A stretch of 47,586 nt of DNA from a virus. Position numbers and translations under genes: made by a program. The number at the start of each line of letters is the position of its first letter. Position 1 is the stretch's first letter. A model generated the notes under the pieces. It searched no databases. It saw only the letters and a program-made list of their open reading frames with translations, and was not told the DNA's origin. Below are positions 18,037 to 25,782 of the stretch, piece by piece. The DNA lies in the IMG/VR virus record IMGVR_UViG_3300009537_000025, positions 1 through 47,586 of that record, one strand, 5' to 3'.

Positions 18037-18864
18037 ATGAACAAAGTAACATTTGAGGACATCCTTCAGAGGAGGATTAGTTCGACCGCACTCAAAGCGG
18101 CCAAAGAAAGCACACGATCTCTTGTGCATTATTATGAAAAACCAAAGGAGAAAAAGGACTACTTCGATTTTGGAAACGCTATGGAATTATATCTCATTGA
18201 TCAAGACGCCTTTGAAGAAAAGGTTGCCATATTCGACGACCGGGAGTTTCTTGCAGACTTAATGGTTGAGAAACCAGAATTGAAAGCACCGACAAGTACT
18301 TCAGCATATCGAAATTTCAAGGCTGAGTTTATGGAGGCAAATGAAAGCAAGTACATCATTAACTATGAAGGACAGGATAGTTTTCAAACAATCAAGATGC
18401 TCCACAAACTTGCATCTGCGCATCCTTGGTTTACTGAATTAACCGGAGAATATCAAACTCCTTTCGAATGGACTTGTCCTAGAACTGGATTGAAAAGATA
18501 TGCCAGAACTGATTTGTATTGCAATAAGCGTAATATCATCATCGATATTAAGACGGACGCTCAGGGAGATTTTCTAAGGGCGGCAAACAACGCAGATCAC
18601 TTTCTCCAGGCGTTCGACCAGATCACTGGAGCAATTGAATCCGGAAAGATGAAAGAAGTCGTCGGATACTATTGGTTTGTTTTGACAAAGAAAGAACCAT
18701 ATTTCGTTGACGTGTATTTCATGGATCCGACCAAAATGTTAAAAGTCGAGGAAAGTTATTGGTCAACATTGATGAGGTTGAAAGATGATCTAACATCCGG
18801 ACGAAATATTGTCTGGCATCAACTTGACGTTCAAAAGATTAATGTACCTAATTATTACAAGTAA
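18037..18864 (+). CDS. PD-(D/E)XK-type exonuclease (recombination partner of ERF)
   Basis: ARTDLY...IIIDIKTD gives a D...(D/E)xK arrangement. It is adjacent to erf. Confidence 0.55.
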   Translation: MNKVTFEDILQRRISSTALKAAKESTRSLVHYYEKPKEKKDYFDFGNAMELYLIDQDAFEEKVAIFDDREFLADLMVEKPELKAPTSTSAYRNFKAEFMEANESKYIINYEGQDSFQTIKMLHKLASAHPWFTELTGEYQTPFEWTCPRTGLKRYARTDLYCNKRNIIIDIKTDAQGDFLRAANNADHFLQAFDQITGAIESGKMKEVVGYYWFVLTKKEPYFVDVYFMDPTKMLKVEESYWSTLMRLKDDLTSGRNIVWHQLDVQKINVPNYYK

Positions 18865-20057
18865 TGGAAACAAAAAAAGAACTATCAGTGGTTGACCAAC
18901 TTGAAACGGTCAAGAATGTGATCTCAGAAGCCAACGGGATCATTAAATTAGAAAGCATCGAGGCGACTTCAGTTTTTCTGACTGATCTCAGAGAAAAATA
19001 CAAAGACTTCAAGGTTTCAGAGGACAATTACGAGGAAGCGAAAAAGGTCCGGATGGAACTTCGGCAACCTCGATATGATCTTCAGAATATCGAAAAGAAT
19101 AATATCCGGGTGATCGAGGAGGAGAAAAAAGCAATGAAGTCTGCATATGCGGAACTAATTGATATCAACAAGGATGTAGAAGCTCGTATCGATTCAGAAA
19201 TTAAAGCAGTCGAGGAAGAGAAAAAAAGACGGGCTGAAGAGAAGAGACTTGCCGAACAGAAACGGATCAACGAAATAAAGGACAACATCCAGGAGTGGAC
19301 GACAACACTTGCTACGGTTTACGAAAATTGTGTGTCGCTCAGATCAGAAAAGAACCTGGTGGATAAGATCGAGGAGTTGAAGCAGGAGAATTTCGCTGAG
19401 TATCAATTCAAGGTGGATGACCTTATCGAAAAATATCAGGAGAAGTTGCCCGGTCTAAAGGAGCGCATTCAAAAGATCATCGACAAGGAGGCTGAGAATA
19501 AAAGACTAGCAGAGGAAAATGAACGGTTGAGAGTTGAGAAGATAAAAGATGATATCGAAAATTACACGGCATTAATGACAACACTCAGCGCACTTGGAGG
19601 AGATATTTCAAACCTGGAACGAACAACCGAGAATCCACCAACCAAGGAAGATTTCTATAACATTAACAGATTGATCGTAGATGCAACGAAACCGGCTCCG
19701 GATCCTGAGAAAGAAAAAACCGAGAAAAAGGTTGAGGAGGTTCTCGATGAACCGAAAAAAGCTGTTGAAGAGATCAAGCCAGAAAAATCAGATCAAGAGA
19801 ATAAACTGGACGATTATAAGAAAAAGCGCGATGAGATCATTGCTGAGGAAGAAAAGGCAAAAATTCCGGAACAGCTTTTAGATGGGGATATTGAGATCAT
19901 GGATTTGCGTGTTATCTGTTCTGATTACATTGATTTTCTGAACAATGATGATGAATACAGTGAGGACAACGATTACAGCCATTACATCTTTGAAAAAGCA
20001 ATGGAAACATTGTACGGAAAAGAAGTGTGGGTTTGGATAAATAACCGAAGAAAATAA
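18864..20057 (+). CDS. coiled-coil protein, DUF1351-like
   Basis: 397 aa and strongly E/K-rich. It occupies the position after the annealase/exonuclease pair that DUF1351 proteins take in siphophages (recollection). Confidence 0.4.
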   Translation: METKKELSVVDQLETVKNVISEANGIIKLESIEATSVFLTDLREKYKDFKVSEDNYEEAKKVRMELRQPRYDLQNIEKNNIRVIEEEKKAMKSAYAELIDINKDVEARIDSEIKAVEEEKKRRAEEKRLAEQKRINEIKDNIQEWTTTLATVYENCVSLRSEKNLVDKIEELKQENFAEYQFKVDDLIEKYQEKLPGLKERIQKIIDKEAENKRLAEENERLRVEKIKDDIENYTALMTTLSALGGDISNLERTTENPPTKEDFYNINRLIVDATKPAPDPEKEKTEKKVEEVLDEPKKAVEEIKPEKSDQENKLDDYKKKRDEIIAEEEKAKIPEQLLDGDIEIMDLRVICSDYIDFLNNDDEYSEDNDYSHYIFEKAMETLYGKEVWVWINNRRK

Positions 20058-20073
20058 TAACTTTGAATTTCTT

Positions 20074-20126
20074 GATGTGAGGGGGAGGAGTGTTGGGTCT
20101 TTTTAACCTCCTTTCCCGTTCACATC
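20074..20126. repeat. long imperfect inverted repeat (7 bp, then a 2-nt bulge, then 10 bp, with a 17-nt loop)
   Basis: GATGTGAGGGGGAGGAG...CTCCTTTCCCgtTCACATC paired by hand. The 5' arm and its flank contain the reverse complement of CACATCAAGAAA. Confidence 0.7.
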
Positions 20127-20181
20127 TTTGCTAACCTCATCTTTTCTATTTAAGTTAGCAGGAATTCACAACAACAACAAT

Positions 20182-20994
20182 ATGAGCCAGGAATTACCCT
20201 ATTTCAAATTTGCTCCATCCGAGTGGCTTCTCAACCGGATTTCATTTCAAAATTACAGAGTAAAAGGAATTTTTATTGATGCTTGTTCTTACTATTGGCA
20301 CCGAAACTGCTCCGTAACTTCAGCAGAACTTGGTCGGAAGTTAGGCAAAACTCAACTAAAAGTCCTCCTAGATGGAAATTTTTTGGTGGAAAAAAATGGA
20401 GAGATTTTTATTGATTTTTTAGACGATCAATTTGCGGAACTCCTTGAATTAAAAGAGAAAAGAATTAAATCAGGCAGGAAAGGAGGTCAAGCAAAACCGA
20501 AGCAAAGCTTAAGCAATGCTTCCAGTTTGCCGAAGCATTTAGAAGAAGAAGAAGATAAAGAAGAAGAACAAGATATTACTGTTCCTCAGTCGAAAACTGA
20601 GGGGACAAAAAAACGACCAGATTTCATCGACCAGATTATCGAGGTTTTCATAGATGAATACAAAAAGGTACACTCCGATACTTACGAGATAGTAAATTTC
20701 GGAAAAGAGCGGGCCGCCGCCGGAAAAATTTCGAGACTCCACAAAAAAAGCTTTCCAGATCACGACACGGATCAAGCCTTGGAAAAGATCAGAGAGTTTT
20801 TCGAGATTTGTCTTAACGTCGAGGACGAGTGGTTGTGGCAAAATATGTCTCCCACTCTCATAATATCAAAATACAACGAAATCAGAAACGCAATCAAACA
20901 TGGCAAAATTAGGAAAAATAGCGTCGGAAATAATCAAAAAGGAATCTCGGACGAGCGACTTGCAAAAATCATCGTCGACACCTTCGTTGGTTAA
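20182..20994 (+). CDS. DUF1376/YdaU-like replication-associated protein (start moved to ATG 20182)
   Basis: MSQELPYFKFAPSEWLLNRISF matches the N-terminal YFKF..dWL signature recalled for DUF1376. The track's TTG start at 20128 lies inside the hairpin. Confidence 0.5.
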   Translation: MSQELPYFKFAPSEWLLNRISFQNYRVKGIFIDACSYYWHRNCSVTSAELGRKLGKTQLKVLLDGNFLVEKNGEIFIDFLDDQFAELLELKEKRIKSGRKGGQAKPKQSLSNASSLPKHLEEEEDKEEEQDITVPQSKTEGTKKRPDFIDQIIEVFIDEYKKVHSDTYEIVNFGKERAAAGKISRLHKKSFPDHDTDQALEKIREFFEICLNVEDEWLWQNMSPTLIISKYNEIRNAIKHGKIRKNSVGNNQKGISDERLAKIIVDTFVG

Positions 20995-21412
20995 GAAAGA
21001 TGGCCACTATGACATATCGGTCTATTCTGATGATCTCACAGAAGAAGGAATAGTTTCCAACACGCTCAGGTTAAAAAGTGCGTTCCCGGCTTTGAATGAA
21101 GGGTTTTACTCTGTTTTCTTATCCAGGATCAAGGAGAGAGGGTTTGGAGATTCTCAACTGAAGGATGCAATAGATCATGTGATCGACAATTGCACGTATC
21201 CAACTCCGACGATTGCACAATTTCTGAGCTTCGATAAGCGGATCAAGTTTTATGATTACAAGCAATTCATGGACTTGAATGATGAAATGCACGGATCCGG
21301 TCGTCAATTTTATGAACTCGTCAAACTTGAATGGATGGACAAACCAATGTACTGCCACAAGAACGACGTCAAATTGTATAATTTACCAATATTTAAATAT
21401 CAAGAAAAATGA
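20900..21412 (+). CDS. hypothetical replication-module protein, start uncertain
   Basis: 170-aa ORF overlapping the previous gene by 95 nt. There is no internal ATG until residue ~125. An in-frame TTG at 20987 would reduce the overlap to 8 nt. Confidence 0.5.
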   Translation: MAKLGKIASEIIKKESRTSDLQKSSSTPSLVKKDGHYDISVYSDDLTEEGIVSNTLRLKSAFPALNEGFYSVFLSRIKERGFGDSQLKDAIDHVIDNCTYPTPTIAQFLSFDKRIKFYDYKQFMDLNDEMHGSGRQFYELVKLEWMDKPMYCHKNDVKLYNLPIFKYQEK

Positions 21413-22089
21413 AACCAATTTTATTCAGTACGCCTATGGTCCAGGCGATTTTAGATGGATCAAAAACTCAAACGAGGAGAATAGTTAAGCCTATTCCGGT
21501 AAAGGATTGTGATCAGGTAGTTTATGATCCTGCCATTGGATTCCGATTTAAATATGACTCCAACAGAAAATGTCCATATGGAGAGGTTGGGGATATTCTT
21601 TGGGTTCGTGAAACTATTAAAATTGGAGCGTGGAGAATTGATGAAGGAAAAATAGCGTGGGATTATAAAGCATCCCCAGAGATTAAAAATACTGAGTGGA
21701 CATATCCGTACGCTCCAGAGAGATTTGATAAAGAAATTGAAAAAGCAACGAATTATTTAATCAAAACGGAATACCCGATGGATGATGATGGGTATTATAA
21801 TTGGAAACCAGGCGAATCTCCACTTCCTTGGAAACCATCTATTTTTATGCCGAAAGAAGCGTGTCGAATTTTTCTAAGAATCAAAGACGTTGAAGTTCAG
21901 CGATTGAAGAATATCACAATATTAGATTCACAAGCTGAAGGTGTTAGTGCAACTGAAACTTGTACAGCCAAAGAGAGTTTCATAAAATTATGGATATCAA
22001 TAAACGGATCCGATTCATGGAACAAAAATCCTTGGGTATGGGTTATTGAGTTTGAGAAATGTGATAAACCTGAAAATTGGCCAGTATGA
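21409..22089 (+). CDS. ASCH/PUA-like domain protein
   Basis: MKPILFSTPMVQAILDGSKTQTRR...GDILWVRE...PSIFMPKEACRIFLRIKDVEVQRL is a widespread phage N-terminal signature (recollection). Confidence 0.4.
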   Translation: MKPILFSTPMVQAILDGSKTQTRRIVKPIPVKDCDQVVYDPAIGFRFKYDSNRKCPYGEVGDILWVRETIKIGAWRIDEGKIAWDYKASPEIKNTEWTYPYAPERFDKEIEKATNYLIKTEYPMDDDGYYNWKPGESPLPWKPSIFMPKEACRIFLRIKDVEVQRLKNITILDSQAEGVSATETCTAKESFIKLWISINGSDSWNKNPWVWVIEFEKCDKPENWPV

Positions 22090-22418
22090 CAGCAACACAG
22101 ACATCAATAAATTTTGATCAAGATAAACCAAAGGCAGTTCAAAAGTTTGAACAGTTTCACATGAAACATCCAAGGGTTTACCGAGCGTTCAAAAAGAAAG
22201 CACTCGATTTGATTGGAAAGAAACCAACCAGAGTAATATCCGGGAGGATGATCTTTGAATCCGTTCGATACGATATTTTCATCCAGAACGACGACGAGGA
22301 ATTGTATAAATTGAACAACAACTACTGTCCGGCCTATATCCGGATGTTCGTGAAAGAATATCCTGCTTATGATGGTTTGATACCAACCAAGGAGAGTGTG
22401 TACGATAATTGGATTTAA
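22077..22418 (+). CDS. hypothetical protein
   Basis: 113-aa ORF. Confidence 0.65.
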   Translation: MASMTATQTSINFDQDKPKAVQKFEQFHMKHPRVYRAFKKKALDLIGKKPTRVISGRMIFESVRYDIFIQNDDEELYKLNNNYCPAYIRMFVKEYPAYDGLIPTKESVYDNWI

Positions 22419-22450
22419 CCCCTCCCCACAGGAGTAAATAAATAGAGATT

Positions 22451-22633
22451 ATGAAAACAAAATATTTTATAGTTACTGAAAATGGAAGAACTCAATATAT
22501 CAAATTAGAATCTGAGTGGAGCTTTTCTAAAGAAGAAGGGATTGCAACCATAAAGGAAAGCAGACCGAATGCAGAAGTTGAATATATTGCTAAAGCAAAA
22601 GCCGAAAAAATGCTTCAACTACATAAAAGTTAG
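22451..22633 (+). CDS. hypothetical protein
   Basis: 60-aa ORF in its own spacer-bounded slot. Confidence 0.5.
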   Translation: MKTKYFIVTENGRTQYIKLESEWSFSKEEGIATIKESRPNAEVEYIAKAKAEKMLQLHKS

Positions 22634-22685
22634 TATGCTAATTATCTACAGTTAATTAACCCCAACAAATTAAAAACTAACGAAA

Positions 22686-23123
22686 ATGGCACTTTATAAT
22701 TTCGACAACGAATCAGACCGGGAAAAAGGCATTTCCTATTTCAAACGCCTCCTCGATCTCAGGTGCATAGTTGATCTAACGAAAAAGAAGCCTGTACGAT
22801 CTGACAACCAAAACGCATATATGCACCTAATCATTGGTTGGTTTGCAATAGAAACCGGATACTCCCCTGAGTATGTGAAGCGAGAGTTTTTCAAAATTCA
22901 TTGCAATTCTGAACTGTTCATTTACGAAAAAGTAGGTAAATTGGGGACGGTAAAGGATTTGAGGAGTTCCGCTGATCTGGACACGGCAGAAATGACAACT
23001 GCGATAAAGAGGTTCAGAAATTGGTCTGCCTCTGAAGAGGTTGGGATTTATTTGCCTGAGCCACATGAACAACAAATGCTCGAACAGATAAGAGTTGAAC
23101 TATCAAGAATTGATCACGTATGA
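22686..23123 (+). CDS. NinB/Orf-like recombination protein (tentative)
   Basis: KKKPVRSDNQNAYMHLIIGWFAIETG resembles the RSxxQN..h core recalled for NinB. Confidence 0.35.
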   Translation: MALYNFDNESDREKGISYFKRLLDLRCIVDLTKKKPVRSDNQNAYMHLIIGWFAIETGYSPEYVKREFFKIHCNSELFIYEKVGKLGTVKDLRSSADLDTAEMTTAIKRFRNWSASEEVGIYLPEPHEQQMLEQIRVELSRIDHV

Positions 23124-23863
23124 AAATAGTAGAACGAGACTTCGGAACGCATAAAATAAGATTCATTCACGCTGACAACATGGAATGGATGAAAAACCAC
23201 GTCTGCTCCACATACGATTTAGCTATTGTTGACCCTCCTTATGGAATTGGTGCCGGTAAAAACGGATTCAGTACTGTTGGAAATAATGCGGATGGACTTG
23301 CCACACGAAAAGACTATGGTGCAAAGGATTGGGATAATGCAATACCTGGTCCGGAATATTTTGAACTCCTCATGAAATCATCAAAGAATCAGATCATTTG
23401 GGGAGGCAATTATTTCATCGATCATCTTTACAACACGTCCTGTATGATCGTTTGGGATAAAGACAATGGAGAATGGTCAAACGCTGATTGTGAACTTGCA
23501 TGGACATCATTCAAGACTGCCGTTCGAAAGTTCAAATGGTTGTGGAATGGAATGCTTCAGCAAAACATGAAGAAAAAGCAAGAACGAATTCATCCAACAG
23601 AAAAACCTATTGAATTATACGAATGGCTTTTAATGAAATACGCTAAACCAGGACAAACGATCTTAGATACTCACGGCGGATCCGGATCGATTGCAATAGC
23701 CTGTCACCGGATGAAATTTGATCTTGATATCGTAGAATTGGATGAGGAATATTTTGAGAACATGATCAAGCGATTTGACGAACAACCAGAAAGCCGCCGA
23801 ATTGAAAAGGATGGTAAAGTTTCTACAGAAGTACAAACCAACATATTTGACCAAGGAGCATGA
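23120..23863 (+). CDS. DNA N6-adenine/N4-cytosine methyltransferase (beta class)
   Basis: The IVDPPYGIG catalytic motif lies N-terminal and the LDTHGGSGSIAIAC SAM-binding motif lies C-terminal. Confidence 0.8.
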   Translation: MKIVERDFGTHKIRFIHADNMEWMKNHVCSTYDLAIVDPPYGIGAGKNGFSTVGNNADGLATRKDYGAKDWDNAIPGPEYFELLMKSSKNQIIWGGNYFIDHLYNTSCMIVWDKDNGEWSNADCELAWTSFKTAVRKFKWLWNGMLQQNMKKKQERIHPTEKPIELYEWLLMKYAKPGQTILDTHGGSGSIAIACHRMKFDLDIVELDEEYFENMIKRFDEQPESRRIEKDGKVSTEVQTNIFDQGA

Positions 23864-24741
23864 AACACGCACCATTATTTGCCGGAATTAATGGATTCGG
23901 TTTAGCGGCTGAAGAAATGGAGTGGGATCAACAATTTCATTGTGAGATAGATGAATTTTGCCAAAAAATAATACAATATTATTGGCCACAATCAAAACCA
24001 TATTATGACATTAGACAAACAGATTTCACTATTTGGAGAGGACTCATCGATGTCCTCTCAGGAGGATTCCCTTGCCAACCATACAGTCAGGCAGGAAAAA
24101 GACTTGGAAAAGAGGATGACAGACACCTCTGGCCGGAAATGCTTAGAGCAGTTCGAGAAATTCAACCGCCATGGGTTGTGGGCGAAAACGTTCGCGGCCT
24201 TACTAATTGGAATGGAGGGTTGGTATTCGACGAAGTGCAGGCTGATTTGGAAGCTGAAGGCTACGAAGTCACACCGTTTTTACTTCCAGCTTGCGCCGTC
24301 AACGCTCCCCACAGACGGGATAGAATCTGGTTTGTGGCCTACAATAACAGCAGTTCAAAGAGGAAATCCGGAAAAAATGAGAAAGCTGAAGGAAAAGGGA
24401 CTTCCTCTTCAGAGCAGGGAACTAGGGGACGGATCGAGACAGTTCTCAATTCTGGATTATGCGGAATATCACGGTCTACTTCCGACGCCACAAGCGGCAG
24501 ACGGATTCAAGACTACGAGCAATTCTGGTCAGAAAAACTTAAATGTTTTAGCTCCGGTTGGGAGTGGTTCCCAACTCAATCCCCAATTTGTAGCGGAAAT
24601 GATGGGATTTCCTCCAAACTGGACGGAATTACCTTTCCTAAATGGAGAGCAGAATCAATCAAAGCCTACGGAAACGCAATAGTTCCACAGGTAGCACTTC
24701 AAATATTTAAAGCAATTCAAGAATATGAAAATTTACGTTAG
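23860..24741 (+). CDS. DNA cytosine-5 methyltransferase (short form, frame 0)
   Basis: FAGINGFG (motif I-like), CEID, GGFPCQPYS (24061-24087), ENVRGL (24184-24201), HRRDRIWF (24310-24333), YGNAIVPQV (24667-24693). Confidence 0.85.
   Translation: MKHAPLFAGINGFGLAAEEMEWDQQFHCEIDEFCQKIIQYYWPQSKPYYDIRQTDFTIWRGLIDVLSGGFPCQPYSQAGKRLGKEDDRHLWPEMLRAVREIQPPWVVGENVRGLTNWNGGLVFDEVQADLEAEGYEVTPFLLPACAVNAPHRRDRIWFVAYNNSSSKRKSGKNEKAEGKGTSSSEQGTRGRIETVLNSGLCGISRSTSDATSGRRIQDYEQFWSEKLKCFSSGWEWFPTQSPICSGNDGISSKLDGITFPKWRAESIKAYGNAIVPQVALQIFKAIQEYENLR
24005..24682 (+). CDS. nested +1-frame ORF (225 codons) inside the C5-MTase gene; reads like the long C-terminal/TRD region of other C5-MTases
   Basis: The frame is open from 23972 to 24682. 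It contains SGRKC, GWYSTKCRLIWKLKATK, FQLAPSTLPT, LWPT, LLPTPQAADG and LNPQFVAEMMGFPPNWT. It is more than 3 times longer than any other same-strand alternative-frame ORF in the track. Confidence 0.5.
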   Translation: MTLDKQISLFGEDSSMSSQEDSLANHTVRQEKDLEKRMTDTSGRKCLEQFEKFNRHGLWAKTFAALLIGMEGWYSTKCRLIWKLKATKSHRFYFQLAPSTLPTDGIESGLWPTITAVQRGNPEKMRKLKEKGLPLQSRELGDGSRQFSILDYAEYHGLLPTPQAADGFKTTSNSGQKNLNVLAPVGSGSQLNPQFVAEMMGFPPNWTELPFLNGEQNQSKPTETQ

Positions 24742-25036
24742 TGGAAAAATAACCGGGCTTGATCTCGAAGTAGCACATCAAAATTTCGATGTCGGTGTCC
24801 AGTATTTAAAAGCACAGGGATTTGAACCTATCAATCCGATGGACTTAGTGCCTTATCATCCGGACCTAACCTGGAAGGATTACATGAGAGCCGATATAAA
24901 AGCCCTATGCGATTGCGACGGGATACTTATGATCTCAGGTTGGAGAAAATCGAAAGGAGCGAAACTTGAACGACACATTGCGAAATCGCTTGGACTTAAT
25001 ATCATGTATCTACACACAAACGCAATAAAAGTTTAA
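24725..25036 (+). CDS. DUF4406 / nucleoside 2-deoxyribosyltransferase-like protein
   Basis: MKIYVSGKITG...INPMDL...DYMRADIKALCDCDGILMISGWRKSKGAKLERHIA matches the DUF4406 pattern (recollection). Confidence 0.55.
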   Translation: MKIYVSGKITGLDLEVAHQNFDVGVQYLKAQGFEPINPMDLVPYHPDLTWKDYMRADIKALCDCDGILMISGWRKSKGAKLERHIAKSLGLNIMYLHTNAIKV

Positions 25037-25061
25037 AATAATAGGATTAAGTTTTGTTAAG

Positions 25062-25084
25062 TTAGAATTAAAGTTTAAATTAGC
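25062..25084 (+). promoter_or_regulatory. copy 3 of the repeated intergenic motif TTAGAATTAAAGTTTAAATTAGC
   Basis: Near-identical to 32132-32155 apart from one extra A. It lies in the spacer upstream of ORF 25100. Confidence 0.5.
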
Positions 25085-25099
25085 TGAAAACAACAACAA

Positions 25100-25354
25100 A
25101 TGGGAACAGTAAAAATAGTAAGATTCCGAAGTGATAAAGGTAAAGTGTCTGAACTTCGGTTTGTAGGTGAAAATCCGACCAAGGTTAACACGTCGATCTG
25201 GATTGATATTGAATCTGGAGAACCTCTGAACATACCAAACGACCGTATGGATGACAAATATGAGTTTTATCACACTCTGAAGGATGCTCAGTCTCATGCG
25301 GCTAAATGGCACGAAACACAAGCGAAAATTTTAATCAATAAAATATCATCATGA
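25100..25354 (+). CDS. hypothetical protein
   Basis: 84-aa ORF overlapping ssb at ATGA. Confidence 0.65.
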   Translation: MGTVKIVRFRSDKGKVSELRFVGENPTKVNTSIWIDIESGEPLNIPNDRMDDKYEFYHTLKDAQSHAAKWHETQAKILINKISS

Positions 25355-25755
25355 ACAGTTTAAACTCAGTACACCTGATCGGCAACATCGGTCAGGATCC
25401 GGAAATCATTAATTTTGATAACGGACACAAACTCGCAAAGGTCAGTCTGGCCACGTCGAGAACTTATAAGAACGCACAAGGCGAAAAAATCCAAGATACC
25501 GATTGGCATAATGTCATTTTCTGGAATAAAGCCGCAGAACTCGTTGAAAAGTATCTGAAGCAAGGGTCAAAGATTGCCGTTGTCGGTGAGATCAAGTACT
25601 CCTCTTATGAGACAAAAGAAGGCGAAAAGCGATATCGAACTGATATCCACGGACGAAATCTTGTGTTTTTAGATAAAAAGGATTCAAGTCAATCCGGACC
25701 AAGTGATAATCCAGACACCTTTGTTGCTGAGGGTGACGACGATTTACCTTTTTAA
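25351..25755 (+). CDS. ssb: single-stranded DNA-binding protein
   Basis: OB-fold N-terminus (VHLIGNIGQDPEI...TDWHNVIFW) and an acidic tail ending DDDLPF. Confidence 0.9.
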   Translation: MNSLNSVHLIGNIGQDPEIINFDNGHKLAKVSLATSRTYKNAQGEKIQDTDWHNVIFWNKAAELVEKYLKQGSKIAVVGEIKYSSYETKEGEKRYRTDIHGRNLVFLDKKDSSQSGPSDNPDTFVAEGDDDLPF

Positions 25756-25782
25756 TATGAGAATAATTTAAAATTTGAAAAA

